From a virus (Duplodnaviria; Caudoviricetes): 64,000 nt of DNA. Shown one piece after another: positions 10,812-21,062 of this stretch (position 1 is the first letter of the stretch; every line of letters starts with the position of its first letter). The translations under genes and the position numbers were made by a program. The stretch covers positions 36,979 to 100,978 of IMG/VR virus record IMGVR_UViG_3300035208_002851, one strand, 5' to 3'. Under the pieces are notes generated by a model, which had not been told where the DNA came from, ran no database searches, and worked only from the letters and a program-made list of their open reading frames with translations.

Positions 10812-13451
10812 TTAAAATATAGAGGTAAAACTACCAGTAAATATATTTCCAGCAGTTCTAGAGTAGTAATTTGTAAAATCTCCATTAAATATAACAGGTC
10901 GCATAATATAAGCATTACCTACCGTGTGTGAACCTAAAATAAAACCATTTATGGCAGTTGGTGAACTTACAAAGGATTGTAATGATAAGCCGTCAAAAGA
11001 TGCCTTTTCAATATTACCGTCATTATCTATAAAATTAACCGAATCACTATAAGTAAACATTTCAACATTACTAAATGTTGCACCAACTATTGAACCATTT
11101 TGTGGTATTCTAATCCCAGAACCAGTGCCAAATAACCTTATAATAATATTTCTTGCATTTGTACCGCCATTTGATGTAGAAGGAAAATCCATACCAATAG
11201 ATGGATTATTAATATAAATATTATCTAAAATTGCATGACCAGTACTGGCAACGGAATTTGCAATTTGAATACCTATATTCACAGAGTTCATTTTTATGTT
11301 GGTTATTTCTGTTTGATAAGCATCTAAAATTTGAATACCAGAATTTGTTTTATTTGTACCATCAATTTGGAACCCAGAAATTTTTGATCCATTATAAGAA
11401 AGGAAGCTTGTAGGAGATGTCACTGTAAACGCAAAAATACTACCAGTTGGAACTATTTTTACTCCATCACTTAATAATGTAAGTTGTTTATCAGTAATAG
11501 TTATAGTCGAACTTATACTCCAATTTTCATTATTGTTTTTAACATATATTGTAGAACCAGAAGGAGCTGCAACAATTGCCTGATTAATAACACTTGCAAT
11601 ATCAGTAAAAGTAGAAAAATCTGCCTTTCCAGTTAAACCATTTTTAGCATAGTATATTAAATTATCTCTATATATTAAATATGAATAAGGTTCTGCTTCT
11701 GGTAATAAATAATCATAATCATCAACAAGAAACGTTTTTAATTTATTATAATTACCAATATCAATAACTTTTGTAAACAAATTCGTGTGACTTGAGTGTT
11801 CTTCAATCATGTCAAATGGCTGCACAAATCCAGTAGATGATGTATATAAAACAGTACCATCTGTGTCAAGGCTTGCACGTGTTGTTAATCCATACCTATT
11901 ACTACCAGATGCAAATGTTTCAAATTTAGTTTGGAAAAGAATTGAATTCCGTAGTTGAAATTCACCAGAAGAAACCTCCATTGCAATTCCCGCAGCATTA
12001 TCGGAATTTACCCAAAATGTAAGTTCTTCCCATAACCCATGTCCAACAGAAGAATTTCCCGGTAAATATATTCCACAACTATTTACATTATGAATATCCA
12101 TATATATACGACTTAAATTAGTATTATCAAATGAATAATGTATTAAAGGAAATGGTATAAATGTTATAGTTTTAGTACAATATACACTGTAAACATCATG
12201 TATATATGTGTGTTCTGTCCAACAATTGTCTGCCGAAGTATTTTCTAACGCAATACCTCTATCCAAACCATAAACATGTAGCATGCCAACTTCATTTCCA
12301 AGCCCATTTCTAATTAAAATACCATGATTAGTTCCGTGTACAAATTCTTTACCGCTTCCACTAATACTTAAATTTAATATATGGTTTTGTACCGATGCCA
12401 TCCATGTTGATCCCAAAAGTTTAATAGTATAATCTCCATCTGTTTGATTAACAAAATTAACACCATCAGTTACAAAGGTAAGTCTTGTTTTATCTTGAAT
12501 AAGTATTGGCGATGTAATAGGAACATCTTTACCATCTGATTTTACAAAAATTATACTACCTGTAATTGGGGAACCTAAAATTGCAGCATTTATTACCGAA
12601 GAGGCATTTGTACCATCTATACTCCCAGCACTACCCGATCCTCCATAATCTATTTCTCCGTTTTTACCATTTTCCGCCCAATAATAACCACTACCAGAAT
12701 AAATAAGATATGTTACATCTTTTAACAATCCATGAGAAAAAAGAAAGTTAGAACCACTAATTACTCCTATAGAATTAATATTAGTTATATTTGCATTTGG
12801 GCCATAAAAATTAGAACCAGATATTAAACTTCCTGTTATATTATCCGCTATAATATTTTCAATTAAACTTAATGGTCCTCGAAAAAGACTTCCGGAAATT
12901 AAATTACTTCCAGTTATATTATTTGCTATGATATTTGTAATTACAGCAATGGGTCCATAAAAGGCACTTCCAGAAACAAAAATACTACCAGTAATTTCAG
13001 ACGCTGTAATACTTTCACGTAAATATATAGTACCAGAATTCATATTAATTTCTGTTGATAAAACTCCTTCTTCATAATATGTTATTTTTCCCGCTTCAAA
13101 ATCCATAATTGTACAAGTAGCTCCACCATTTGGAGTATAAGTTATTGTTGTTGCTCCATCTTCAAGTATTAAAGCAGTTTGATCTGGAACACTAATAGAA
13201 CCTGTACCATAATTACCTGGTTTAATATGTAAATTGCCAGTACCTATAGAATTAATAGCTAATTGAATTAATCCAATACCATTACTTCCAGATGAACCCA
13301 AAATAGTTCCATTGGTTCCACTTAACATATCATAACTACCAGAACTGTTTTGCACAACAATTCTTGTAGCTGTTTTATTTAATGCATGATCCATCATCTG
13401 ATTAAATCTTATAGCATTCATTTGTGGTGGTATTGTAAAACTTTCACTCAT
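10812..13451 (-). CDS. Tailspike/fibre-like protein with two tandem beta-helix modules
   Basis: Twice-repeated YLIY...Y.A.NG..G..D...ASVIN.AI...P.GS.I.VK header, each followed by G/I/N-rich beta-helix sequence. Confidence 0.6.
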   Translation of the reverse strand: MSESFTIPPQMNAIRFNQMMDHALNKTATRIVVQNSSGSYDMLSGTNGTILGSSGSNGIGLIQLAINSIGTGNLHIKPGNYGTGSISVPDQTALILEDGATTITYTPNGGATCTIMDFEAGKITYYEEGVLSTEINMNSGTIYLRESITASEITGSIFVSGSAFYGPIAVITNIIANNITGSNLISGSLFRGPLSLIENIIADNITGSLISGSNFYGPNANITNINSIGVISGSNFLFSHGLLKDVTYLIYSGSGYYWAENGKNGEIDYGGSGSAGSIDGTNASSVINAAILGSPITGSIIFVKSDGKDVPITSPILIQDKTRLTFVTDGVNFVNQTDGDYTIKLLGSTWMASVQNHILNLSISGSGKEFVHGTNHGILIRNGLGNEVGMLHVYGLDRGIALENTSADNCWTEHTYIHDVYSVYCTKTITFIPFPLIHYSFDNTNLSRIYMDIHNVNSCGIYLPGNSSVGHGLWEELTFWVNSDNAAGIAMEVSSGEFQLRNSILFQTKFETFASGSNRYGLTTRASLDTDGTVLYTSSTGFVQPFDMIEEHSSHTNLFTKVIDIGNYNKLKTFLVDDYDYLLPEAEPYSYLIYRDNLIYYAKNGLTGKADFSTFTDIASVINQAIVAAPSGSTIYVKNNNENWSISSTITITDKQLTLLSDGVKIVPTGSIFAFTVTSPTSFLSYNGSKISGFQIDGTNKTNSGIQILDAYQTEITNIKMNSVNIGIQIANSVASTGHAILDNIYINNPSIGMDFPSTSNGGTNARNIIIRLFGTGSGIRIPQNGSIVGATFSNVEMFTYSDSVNFIDNDGNIEKASFDGLSLQSFVSSPTAINGFILGSHTVGNAYIMRPVIFNGDFTNYYSRTAGNIFTGSFTSIF

Positions 13452-13927
13452 GTTGAATAACCTTCGTAAATTCCTCTAAAATAATTATCTCGTAGTTCAA
13501 ATCTTGATCTCAAAAGTATTGGTCGAGTATCTAATTCATCTATCGTCTTCCATCCATAGGAATAAATAAATGATTCATCATTTCCAGATGAAATATGGCT
13601 TCCACTTTTTATGATTCTATCAACTTCCGTACGAAGTTGATATTCAATATTTTTTGCGCTTCCTAAACTTTTATTTGAATCTGAGTCAGGACGAACCCAA
13701 ATATTTATAGATATCATATCTTGAAATTGATAAGTTGGAATTGGACCACATTCTATAAGAGAACCAAGTGATGTAACTGGAGTTATTGTGATTTGGGGCA
13801 TACCTATTTTTGAATCATACCAACCAGTTGAAAATTGTATTTCAGAAAGATTAATACCAGATTCTGTAGAACTCCAACCATTTTTTATAAGAATTAGAGT
13901 TTGAAGAATAGGATCAGTAGTTGTCAA
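13448..13927 (-). CDS. Tail terminator/completion protein (paralog 1)
   Basis: Position after head closure; shares PQI, VRP..DSN.S.G.AKN, EV.RI..SGS and TRP with 10267-10797. Confidence 0.5.
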   Translation of the reverse strand: MTTTDPILQTLILIKNGWSSTESGINLSEIQFSTGWYDSKIGMPQITITPVTSLGSLIECGPIPTYQFQDMISINIWVRPDSDSNKSLGSAKNIEYQLRTEVDRIIKSGSHISSGNDESFIYSYGWKTIDELDTRPILLRSRFELRDNYFRGIYEGYST

Positions 13928-14346
13928 TAGGTAGAACCACTCCTTGGAACCAATCTTCTAATTCTTGCACTCTTAGAAATTAGTATACCGCCTTCGTACC
14001 ATTCATGTAAAGGTAGTATTAAATATCTTATACCACTATTTGCCGGGACAATAACCTGGTCCCAATGTTCAATTCCAGAATCACTTCGAACTTGAATAGA
14101 GTCTATATCTTCACCATAGAAGCCAGCGTTTGTTACGACATCTGAAGTATCTTCATGGGTAAGAATAGCATTGCAACTTCCTGTAATCCAGTAGACAATT
14201 TCATCACCATAACCATAAGTTGTAGTACTTCCAGTAGTAAACGATTCACTACCAGAAACAACTCTACGAAGCCATTGAATTTGTGTACCCAAAGCATCTA
14301 CAGTAGTGTTTACTTTATCTTGTGCAGATTGGAAGTTTATATTCAT
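13924..14346 (-). CDS. Head closure/stopper-like protein
   Basis: Size, position, beta-rich pattern. Confidence 0.45.
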   Translation of the reverse strand: MNINFQSAQDKVNTTVDALGTQIQWLRRVVSGSESFTTGSTTTYGYGDEIVYWITGSCNAILTHEDTSDVVTNAGFYGEDIDSIQVRSDSGIEHWDQVIVPANSGIRYLILPLHEWYEGGILISKSARIRRLVPRSGSTY

Positions 14347-14377
14347 TTATTAGGTTCCTCACCTAAATTTTATTAAC

Positions 14378-14836
14378 TTAATAATAACTTGGAGCAGTAT
14401 CACGATATGTTGGTTCATTAGATTCTGCGCTTACAGAAAGCGGTTGTATAGCTCTCAAGTGTAATTGCGCGGCTTCTTTAAATTCAGCAATTAAATTTCT
14501 ATAGGTTGCTAAAAGTAAAGGCTGTTGAATAGTAATGCCCGCTGTAATTGAAAACCCGTCTACTATAACATCTCCACTAAGAAGTGTTAAAACTCTCATA
14601 CAACTATAGTCAAGCTCCGCAGCTCTTAAATGATAAAATGTTACATCATCGGTGGCAGCCATTTTATCTTGACCTAAAACACCAGTAAGATAATAATTAG
14701 CCATGTTAATTTGAGCAAGTACACTTCCAGATGATAAAGGTACATTCCAAAATACATAACTACTACCGCTATAAGTACCATTTAATACTTGCCGGACATC
14801 TTCGCACGTTACTATAGGATATATTGATGTTGACAT
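14378..14836 (-). CDS. Head-tail connector (HK97 gp6/SPP1 gp15-like)
   Basis: VT.EDVR...I..A helical adaptor pattern; position. Confidence 0.5.
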   Translation of the reverse strand: MSTSIYPIVTCEDVRQVLNGTYSGSSYVFWNVPLSSGSVLAQINMANYYLTGVLGQDKMAATDDVTFYHLRAAELDYSCMRVLTLLSGDVIVDGFSITAGITIQQPLLLATYRNLIAEFKEAAQLHLRAIQPLSVSAESNEPTYRDTAPSYY

Positions 14837-14837
14837 A

Positions 14838-14969
14838 TCATTTAGCCACTATATATACTTCTTGCCCTTCCTTTCTTAAGAAGTCACTTTGAGAACTTGG
14901 AATAGTTAACCATGTATATTTATAAACCCAATAATCTAATAAGAGGTATCGTTCAGCTAAACTAACCAT
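14838..14969 (-). CDS. Small hypothetical protein (43 aa, not in ORF track)
   Basis: MVSLAERYLLLDYWVYKY...IVAK fills the gap between two structural genes. Confidence 0.45.
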   Translation of the reverse strand: MVSLAERYLLLDYWVYKYTWLTIPSSQSDFLRKEGQEVYIVAK

Positions 14970-14971
14970 TT

Positions 14972-16339
14972 TTAAGCCTCAATTACGTATCCTACATCAA
15001 ATGGAACAGTAATATTATCTGTAACATTACTCATTATATATAATGCTTCGTTTGCAGCACTAATTCTTGGTTGACTAAATTGTTGATGTATACTTCCAGA
15101 ATTGGAAAATGTTAAAAATCTCTTTGATTGTACAGAACCTGTAGTATTACCAAAATAGAAATAATGTAACCCATCTGTTTTGGTAGCAAATCCTGCATCA
15201 TAAATTTTAATTCTTAAACCAGAACCAGAATTTATAATCATACTACCACTACCAGCAACAAGAGTAGTACCGTCACTCCCAGAATTAATTAAGGCAACCG
15301 AACCAGATATTCCAATTGAATAATTGGAAATGGATCCTGTAATAGCTAATGTAATTGTTGAACCTGTAATATTTATTCCAGAAATATTAGTTACTGAAGT
15401 TAATGATCCAGTTATTGCTTGTGTGTAACTGGAACCAGTAATACCTATTGGTGTATTTAATCCAATAGAACCACTTATTGGTAATGTTGAAGATGCATAA
15501 ATTGAACCAGTAATTGCTAATGTGTTTGTAGATCCAGTAATATTTATACCACTAATATTCGTAATTGAGGTTAGGGAACCTGATATAGGTAGAGTTAATG
15601 TAGAACCTGTTATGTTTATACCAGAAATATTAGTTATAGATGTTAGAGAACCTGTAACCGGAAATGTAATTGTAGAACCCGTAATGTTTATACTACCAGA
15701 TATGTTTGTTGTAATTAATGTAACGGAGCCCGTAATTGCCTGTGTATAACTTGAGCCAGATAAACCTATTGTTCCGCCAGTTATATTTGCAGATCCAGTT
15801 ACTGCAAGTGTTCTTGTACTTCCTGTAATATTAACTCCAGATATATCTGTCACACTTGTTAAGGAACCAGTAACTGGCAAAGTTGATGCGGCATTAAAAC
15901 TTCCAGTTATTGAAAACGTTATTATGGATCCAGTTATTCGTATATTTGGATTATTAGTAACCGATGTTAAAGAACCTGTTATTGGTAAAGTTGTTGTAGA
16001 TCCTGTAAGTCTAACACCAGATATATCTGTAATAGTAGAAATTGTTGTAATTGAAGTTAAAGAACCAGTAACAGCTAATGTAGTTGTAGAGCCAGTAATT
16101 AATGAATATGAATTTATCTGTCCAACAGATTCTTCCATTGAAATTTTTAAATTACCAGCAGATGTTAAAGAAGTTGGAATTTGCGCAGTTTTTACTGGAG
16201 TTAAAACTGAACCTGTTTCATCCTGTAGAATAACAACTTCGGTATGAACATCACTACCACTAATAGAATTAACTACTGTTCGTTGTTTCTTTCCAAGACC
16301 AGAATCCAAAGGTAAAATTACATAATTATCTACAGGCAT
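14972..16339 (-). CDS. ITGS-repeat virion fibre-like protein
   Basis: About 30 [ST]GS motifs in quasi-periodic repeats (e.g. NISGINITGSTLTLPISGSLTSIT). Confidence 0.6.
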   Translation of the reverse strand: MPVDNYVILPLDSGLGKKQRTVVNSISGSDVHTEVVILQDETGSVLTPVKTAQIPTSLTSAGNLKISMEESVGQINSYSLITGSTTTLAVTGSLTSITTISTITDISGVRLTGSTTTLPITGSLTSVTNNPNIRITGSIITFSITGSFNAASTLPVTGSLTSVTDISGVNITGSTRTLAVTGSANITGGTIGLSGSSYTQAITGSVTLITTNISGSINITGSTITFPVTGSLTSITNISGINITGSTLTLPISGSLTSITNISGINITGSTNTLAITGSIYASSTLPISGSIGLNTPIGITGSSYTQAITGSLTSVTNISGINITGSTITLAITGSISNYSIGISGSVALINSGSDGTTLVAGSGSMIINSGSGLRIKIYDAGFATKTDGLHYFYFGNTTGSVQSKRFLTFSNSGSIHQQFSQPRISAANEALYIMSNVTDNITVPFDVGYVIEA

Positions 16340-16449
16340 TTTATTTTCACCAAATTAAAAAAGATATTAATATTTAAAATTTTTAAACTGAAGATATTCC
16401 CCATATCTCTATAGAACCATGACCAAACCTAAAAATAAATAGTATTATT

Positions 16450-17316
16450 TTAAAAACTGTTTATGAAATCCATATTTATGTTAAGTTGACTACTTAATAA
16501 ATATGAATTCTGGTTTTCTTCACCAAAATAACCATGTTTTAGGGTTGTATTTTTATATAAATTGCGGAGGCATATACTACCAAAGATTAAACTAGAATCA
16601 GGATAACTATTATTAAGTGAATTTAATTCTAAATCTGATAAAGATTTATTTTTCAGAAGTGTATAATAAGCACTTCTTCCATTAAAAAGTTGAGTGTTTA
16701 AATTGTAGCCGAATAATTCATCAGGTGATGTCGGGGTTCCTACTGTGTAACTGTTTGCGCCAAAAGTTAATACACCACTCGTGGATTTTGGATTTCCATC
16801 AATACTTATGCGGACAACTTTATTGACGAAATCAACTTCACCGTAAACTAGGTGTTTTGTGGTAAGAGAGGGTGCAGTAACACCATAGGTTTGGACCGAA
16901 TCAGTAAGTACACTTCTACATAAAACATTTAATAAACCACTTTCTACATTGATAGAAAATCCAGTTGAACCTGCGTTTATAGATAAAAATATTAAGCGTC
17001 CCATATTAGTTACGTCGTCTAAACTAACCCACGCATACATGGAAATAACAGTAGCGCCATTAAAAAGTGAAGTTAATGGGTTAGTTGTGGCGAAAGTAAT
17101 ATAATCACCTGTTCCGTTTGCGTCTCTACAGGTTTTACCAGCGAAAAAAGGAGAAGCTACTATTGTGGTTCCTGTTGCTGCACCATTATTGCTATTTCCC
17201 GAAGTATCCAACACGGGGTTAGTAGCTACTGGTTCCTCCATCTTCCAAGTTCCCACCACACTAGGTATAATATTTATTGGATTAACCTCATTTAATAATC
17301 CAATAGGAGGAGTCAA
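16450..17316 (-). CDS. LamG/concanavalin A-like domain protein
   Basis: W.MEE...LDTSGN.N.G, IS.YAWV, H.VY, IDG, FNG...Y...LS..E pattern. Confidence 0.7.
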   Translation of the reverse strand: MTPPIGLLNEVNPINIIPSVVGTWKMEEPVATNPVLDTSGNSNNGAATGTTIVASPFFAGKTCRDANGTGDYITFATTNPLTSLFNGATVISMYAWVSLDDVTNMGRLIFLSINAGSTGFSINVESGLLNVLCRSVLTDSVQTYGVTAPSLTTKHLVYGEVDFVNKVVRISIDGNPKSTSGVLTFGANSYTVGTPTSPDELFGYNLNTQLFNGRSAYYTLLKNKSLSDLELNSLNNSYPDSSLIFGSICLRNLYKNTTLKHGYFGEENQNSYLLSSQLNINMDFINSF

Positions 17317-17319
17317 GGT

Positions 17320-17685
17320 TTAACTCACCACTATAAATAAACTACCAGAAACTGCCGCTGCTGCATTATTGCTAATAAGACTAACTTTAATTAGTGGCAC
17401 GGAATCAAAAAATGTGAAATAACTTAGAGAACCACTGTTGAAACTACCACTTTTTAATTGATAATAATTGGTTCTATCAAATGATCCAGAAACAACCAAA
17501 GAACCTGATGATTGTGTAGTAGGATATAAATAAGCATAAATACTCTTAACAGAGTAAGGTGAAACATCGAAGGCGGAGCTAACTATAGATCCTGTTATAC
17601 CTATAGTAACGTTATTAGTTGAATAAAGAGTTTTAGAAAGACCAGAAGTTGAAGTTTTAAAATTTGAAGTAATTGGAGTTGACAT
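17320..17685 (-). CDS. Putative virion protein
   Basis: [ST]GS-rich, directly after the MCP. Confidence 0.5.
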   Translation of the reverse strand: MSTPITSNFKTSTSGLSKTLYSTNNVTIGITGSIVSSAFDVSPYSVKSIYAYLYPTTQSSGSLVVSGSFDRTNYYQLKSGSFNSGSLSYFTFFDSVPLIKVSLISNNAAAAVSGSLFIVVS

Positions 17686-17761
17686 ATGTTTTCCTCAAAC
17701 ATTTTTTAGGGGGAATTTCACCCCCAAAATATTTTTATAAAAAAACTAAAGTATTTTATTT

Positions 17762-18691
17762 TTAGGTAACGTTAATACCTGCGATGGCGCAAATCGTTTG
17801 GCCTTGAAGCACAACTGGGGAATATCTTGCTGTGATGTAAACGCCCACTGAATCTCTTTCTTCAATTGCTTTAATACCAGTAGTAATTGCTCTACGTTCA
17901 ACAAACATACCCATAGGTGAATATTGACCCATAATGTTTGAAGTTTTGCCTCTTGAAAGGACGTAAATACTACCAGTTGGACAATTGGTTGAAGAGAATG
18001 CATCCAGACCCAAGATATCTCCGAACTTACCAGGTACTTGCATCAAACCTTCTTGTAGAATGGGTTCGCCATAATGCATTAAGGATGTGAAGTGTGGAAG
18101 TTTTTCAATGTGAGTCTTAGCTAATGGGTGACATAGCATGGTATCAGGCATATAGTTGAACTGTTCTACCTGTGCTTTGGCATTGATAATATCGTATGTT
18201 CCGACACCTGGACCACCTGAGCCAGAAATAACGAATTCTGTTCCATCGAAAGCAAGAGATTTACCTGTTGCCGTAACTGAACTACCTGTACCAGCGCCTA
18301 TTGCGGCGATACAGTCTTTGTCAATTTTATTGGCAAAGCGTAGTGAAGCACGGATAAGTTGATCTTGCTGGATAGGAATCAAAGAGTCTTCGATCATTTC
18401 TTTAGTTACAAGGAATCCATGTGCAATTTTATAAGGAACAACGTTTACTGAACTGTATGCGGTGACATCTAATGGAATTTCGACACCTTCAGCAACTTTC
18501 TGAACTACAGCACCTGTACTACCCGATTGTTTCGGGAAAGTAATTGAGTTAGATGCGGTAAGAGAGTATTGCTGGAAGAATTGCCGAGCAACCATGTTAG
18601 GCATAGCAATTTGTAGAACTTGTTGGTGTAAAGCCGGATAAAGCAAACCTGCGGTTGTGACTGGTGATAAAACTTGACGTTGTAGTGACAT
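17762..18691 (-). CDS. Major capsid protein (HK97 fold)
   Basis: 309 aa; VAEGVEIP, KIAHGFLVTKEMIEDS, A.KID, PD..L.HP, G.ILGL. Confidence 0.85.
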   Translation of the reverse strand: MSLQRQVLSPVTTAGLLYPALHQQVLQIAMPNMVARQFFQQYSLTASNSITFPKQSGSTGAVVQKVAEGVEIPLDVTAYSSVNVVPYKIAHGFLVTKEMIEDSLIPIQQDQLIRASLRFANKIDKDCIAAIGAGTGSSVTATGKSLAFDGTEFVISGSGGPGVGTYDIINAKAQVEQFNYMPDTMLCHPLAKTHIEKLPHFTSLMHYGEPILQEGLMQVPGKFGDILGLDAFSSTNCPTGSIYVLSRGKTSNIMGQYSPMGMFVERRAITTGIKAIEERDSVGVYITARYSPVVLQGQTICAIAGINVT

Positions 18692-18800
18692 TTTTTAATT
18701 TTCCTCCATAATTTTTTTGTTATTTAATTAAATTCACGGTTAATTAGGTAACTGATTTAACAGTCACTTTTTTTATTAAAAAAAAGAAAGGGATATTTTT

Positions 18801-19226
18801 TTAAGCTACATTATCCATGCAGTTTATGAATGCATATGTGTAACCTGCGCTTCCTGAGACGGTCTTACCTGCTACTTGTGCTACTTTAGTGCTTCCAGAA
18901 GTTCCCCAATAACCTGATCCTGTAATGACTAGTGGTTGACCAAATCTTACAGTACCTGTTGCGGGTAACGATGGCAAGCTTTTTACGTAACCCCAGACAA
19001 TAACTCCTAAAGGATCGCCATCTGAAACTGTTGCTGTAGCGACACCTGCGGGAATCAAAGAACCTGAGGGTGCACTTGTAGGCATGTAACAATAACCAGG
19101 ATTAGTTGATTCAACAACAACTGCTCTACCTGCGATAATACTTCCTGAAGCTGCAAGAGTAATAACCATTGCTGGTGTAACTGCTAGATAATCTGTAGTT
19201 CCTTCGTATGTTAAAAATGCTGACAT
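18801..19226 (-). CDS. Capsid decoration/cement protein (DUF2190-like)
   Basis: A...I.AG.AV, GVA..TV..G....V...G; lies between protease and MCP. Confidence 0.55.
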   Translation of the reverse strand: MSAFLTYEGTTDYLAVTPAMVITLAASGSIIAGRAVVVESTNPGYCYMPTSAPSGSLIPAGVATATVSDGDPLGVIVWGYVKSLPSLPATGTVRFGQPLVITGSGYWGTSGSTKVAQVAGKTVSGSAGYTYAFINCMDNVA

Positions 19227-19237
19227 TTTTATTTCTC

Positions 19238-20386
19238 CTACTCCATTAGATGAGCTTCAGCGAAAGCTTTAATTTCTTTAAACCACACTGGTATAGCATC
19301 TGCTGTAACTTCCTGAGTTGCTTCGTCTGGAGATTCAACTTTCGCACCTTTAAGTGCTTCTTTCTTTTTAGCTTTCTTAGTAGCTTCTTTTTCTTCTTCG
19401 GGTTCTTCTTCCTCTTCTTCTTCTGGACATGTTGGTTTTTCGAACTTGCTTGCTGGAACATCCTTAGGAATACCAGAACTTGTTTCGTCTTTCTTAACTT
19501 TGACTTTCATAAGTTCTTCAAACTTTGCAACTGCTGAACTAAGTTGCTCAAGTTTAGTAGCTACTTCTTCTTTTTTCTTTACTTCTTCTTCTTCTTTCTT
19601 TTTATTTTCATCTATTTCAGCTTTCTTTTTAGTTTCTTCTTCCTTTCGGAATTTTTCTTCAAACTTTGCAAGTTGAGCTGTAATAGCTTCAAGTTTTTCT
19701 CCAAGTAAAACAACTGCGTCTGCGCCTGCTGGTTTTAATGTAGTTGCCTTAATTTCTTCGGTCATGTTTGTTTTTTCCTCCGCTGTTTTATATAAAATAG
19801 GTCCTGCCTTTTCCTCATCCGAAGAATAAGGCGTGACTTGATTAGCAGCCAAAGCTGCTGTAATAGAAGCAGCAAACCCCATTGGAGCAAATTCGCTTGT
19901 ACGGTATGCTGGTTCTGTAACAATTGAAGCTTCCTTCAATCTTATATTTTTAATAATATCATGAGAACCTTTACATTTACAAGTTTTAATTGGTCTTGAT
20001 GGCGTATTACATTTTGAACAAAAAGCATCTGCTGAAGCACCAATACTAATATATTTTAGTCTACCCTTCATTACAGACCTTTGAATTGAAGGGTCGTCAA
20101 TTTCGGCTTCAAACATAACACGTTTATTCTTTTCGTCGTATGAACCAAGTCTAAATCCACCAATTACATCTCTTGCGGATTTGCTGTGGTCCAGCCTTAA
20201 AGTTGCATCCTTAACTTGATTTGCAACCTTCGGCAATTCTTCCATATCAAGAGCAAAGTTGTTAGCACACACATCACCATTAACTAATTCACCCGAAATA
20301 AGTAATGTTCCAGAATCATCCTTATTTTCATTCTGTTTTGATTCTATAATATTTGCATGCCAATTAAACTTTAGATTTTCACTCAT
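19238..20386 (-). CDS. Prohead protease-scaffold fusion
   Basis: LDH...DVIG, ISIG, EASIVTEPAY; C-terminal E/K-rich coiled coil. Confidence 0.8.
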   Translation of the reverse strand: MSENLKFNWHANIIESKQNENKDDSGTLLISGELVNGDVCANNFALDMEELPKVANQVKDATLRLDHSKSARDVIGGFRLGSYDEKNKRVMFEAEIDDPSIQRSVMKGRLKYISIGASADAFCSKCNTPSRPIKTCKCKGSHDIIKNIRLKEASIVTEPAYRTSEFAPMGFAASITAALAANQVTPYSSDEEKAGPILYKTAEEKTNMTEEIKATTLKPAGADAVVLLGEKLEAITAQLAKFEEKFRKEEETKKKAEIDENKKKEEEEVKKKEEVATKLEQLSSAVAKFEELMKVKVKKDETSSGIPKDVPASKFEKPTCPEEEEEEEPEEEKEATKKAKKKEALKGAKVESPDEATQEVTADAIPVWFKEIKAFAEAHLME

Positions 20387-20443
20387 TATGTATCACTTTA
20401 AATAAATAAAATAGGGTCAAATAGACCCAAAATTTGGTTCTTA

Positions 20444-21019
20444 TTACATAGAGCCCAATAAACTTGGACGGAGCCATACGTTAACAAATTGATGCCCATG
20501 TGTTACTGAAGCTGATCCTGTGGTTACTGCAATGCCAAGAGTACCTGAACCCGTTACTATTGTTGCTACCTGTGTACTTAAATTATCAACCATATAATAG
20601 CTGCCAGATTTTACTGCTGAGCCACTTAATGAATTGACAACCCACGCACCTTTGTTAATTGTTACTCCACTACCAGTTGTAATGAATGGAATTATACCCT
20701 GTGTAATAACACTTGCTGATTGACCAGCTGTATAATCTGCTGCTGCAACGCCAAGTATTCCACCTTGAGCTACACCTGTAGCACCACTAATAAAGATACC
20801 CGAACCCGTGTTTGCGAAGAAACATACTGGTTGGTATTTACCTATTGTGTTACCTGCGGTGAACCCTGATAGAATTATTGAGCCACTTGTTGCGAGCACA
20901 TTTGTTTGAGTAATTGCACCAACGGTGTTAGTATTATATAAATCTGTAGTTCTTACAACAGAAGTCCTAATTTCATTATATTCACTTAATGGATTTGCTC
21001 TATTCGGAACGGAAGCCAT
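20444..21019 (-). CDS. Capsid decoration-like protein (DUF2190-like)
   Basis: FTAG..I...QPV, LGVAAAD..AG....V.TQG. Confidence 0.5.
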   Translation of the reverse strand: MASVPNRANPLSEYNEIRTSVVRTTDLYNTNTVGAITQTNVLATSGSIILSGFTAGNTIGKYQPVCFFANTGSGIFISGATGVAQGGILGVAAADYTAGQSASVITQGIIPFITTGSGVTINKGAWVVNSLSGSAVKSGSYYMVDNLSTQVATIVTGSGTLGIAVTTGSASVTHGHQFVNVWLRPSLLGSM

Positions 21020-21062
21020 ATTTCATCAAAACCCCCTTTATTACTATAAATACGTGACCTTT

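Noticed and set aside
15300-16150. Quasi-periodic DNA repeats (GAACC.GT.AT)
   Set aside because: Explained by the ITGS amino-acid repeats of the minus-strand CDS
19246-19676. Overlapping Phe/Ser-rich or Lys-rich alternative ORFs
   Set aside because: Shadows of the E/K-rich scaffold region
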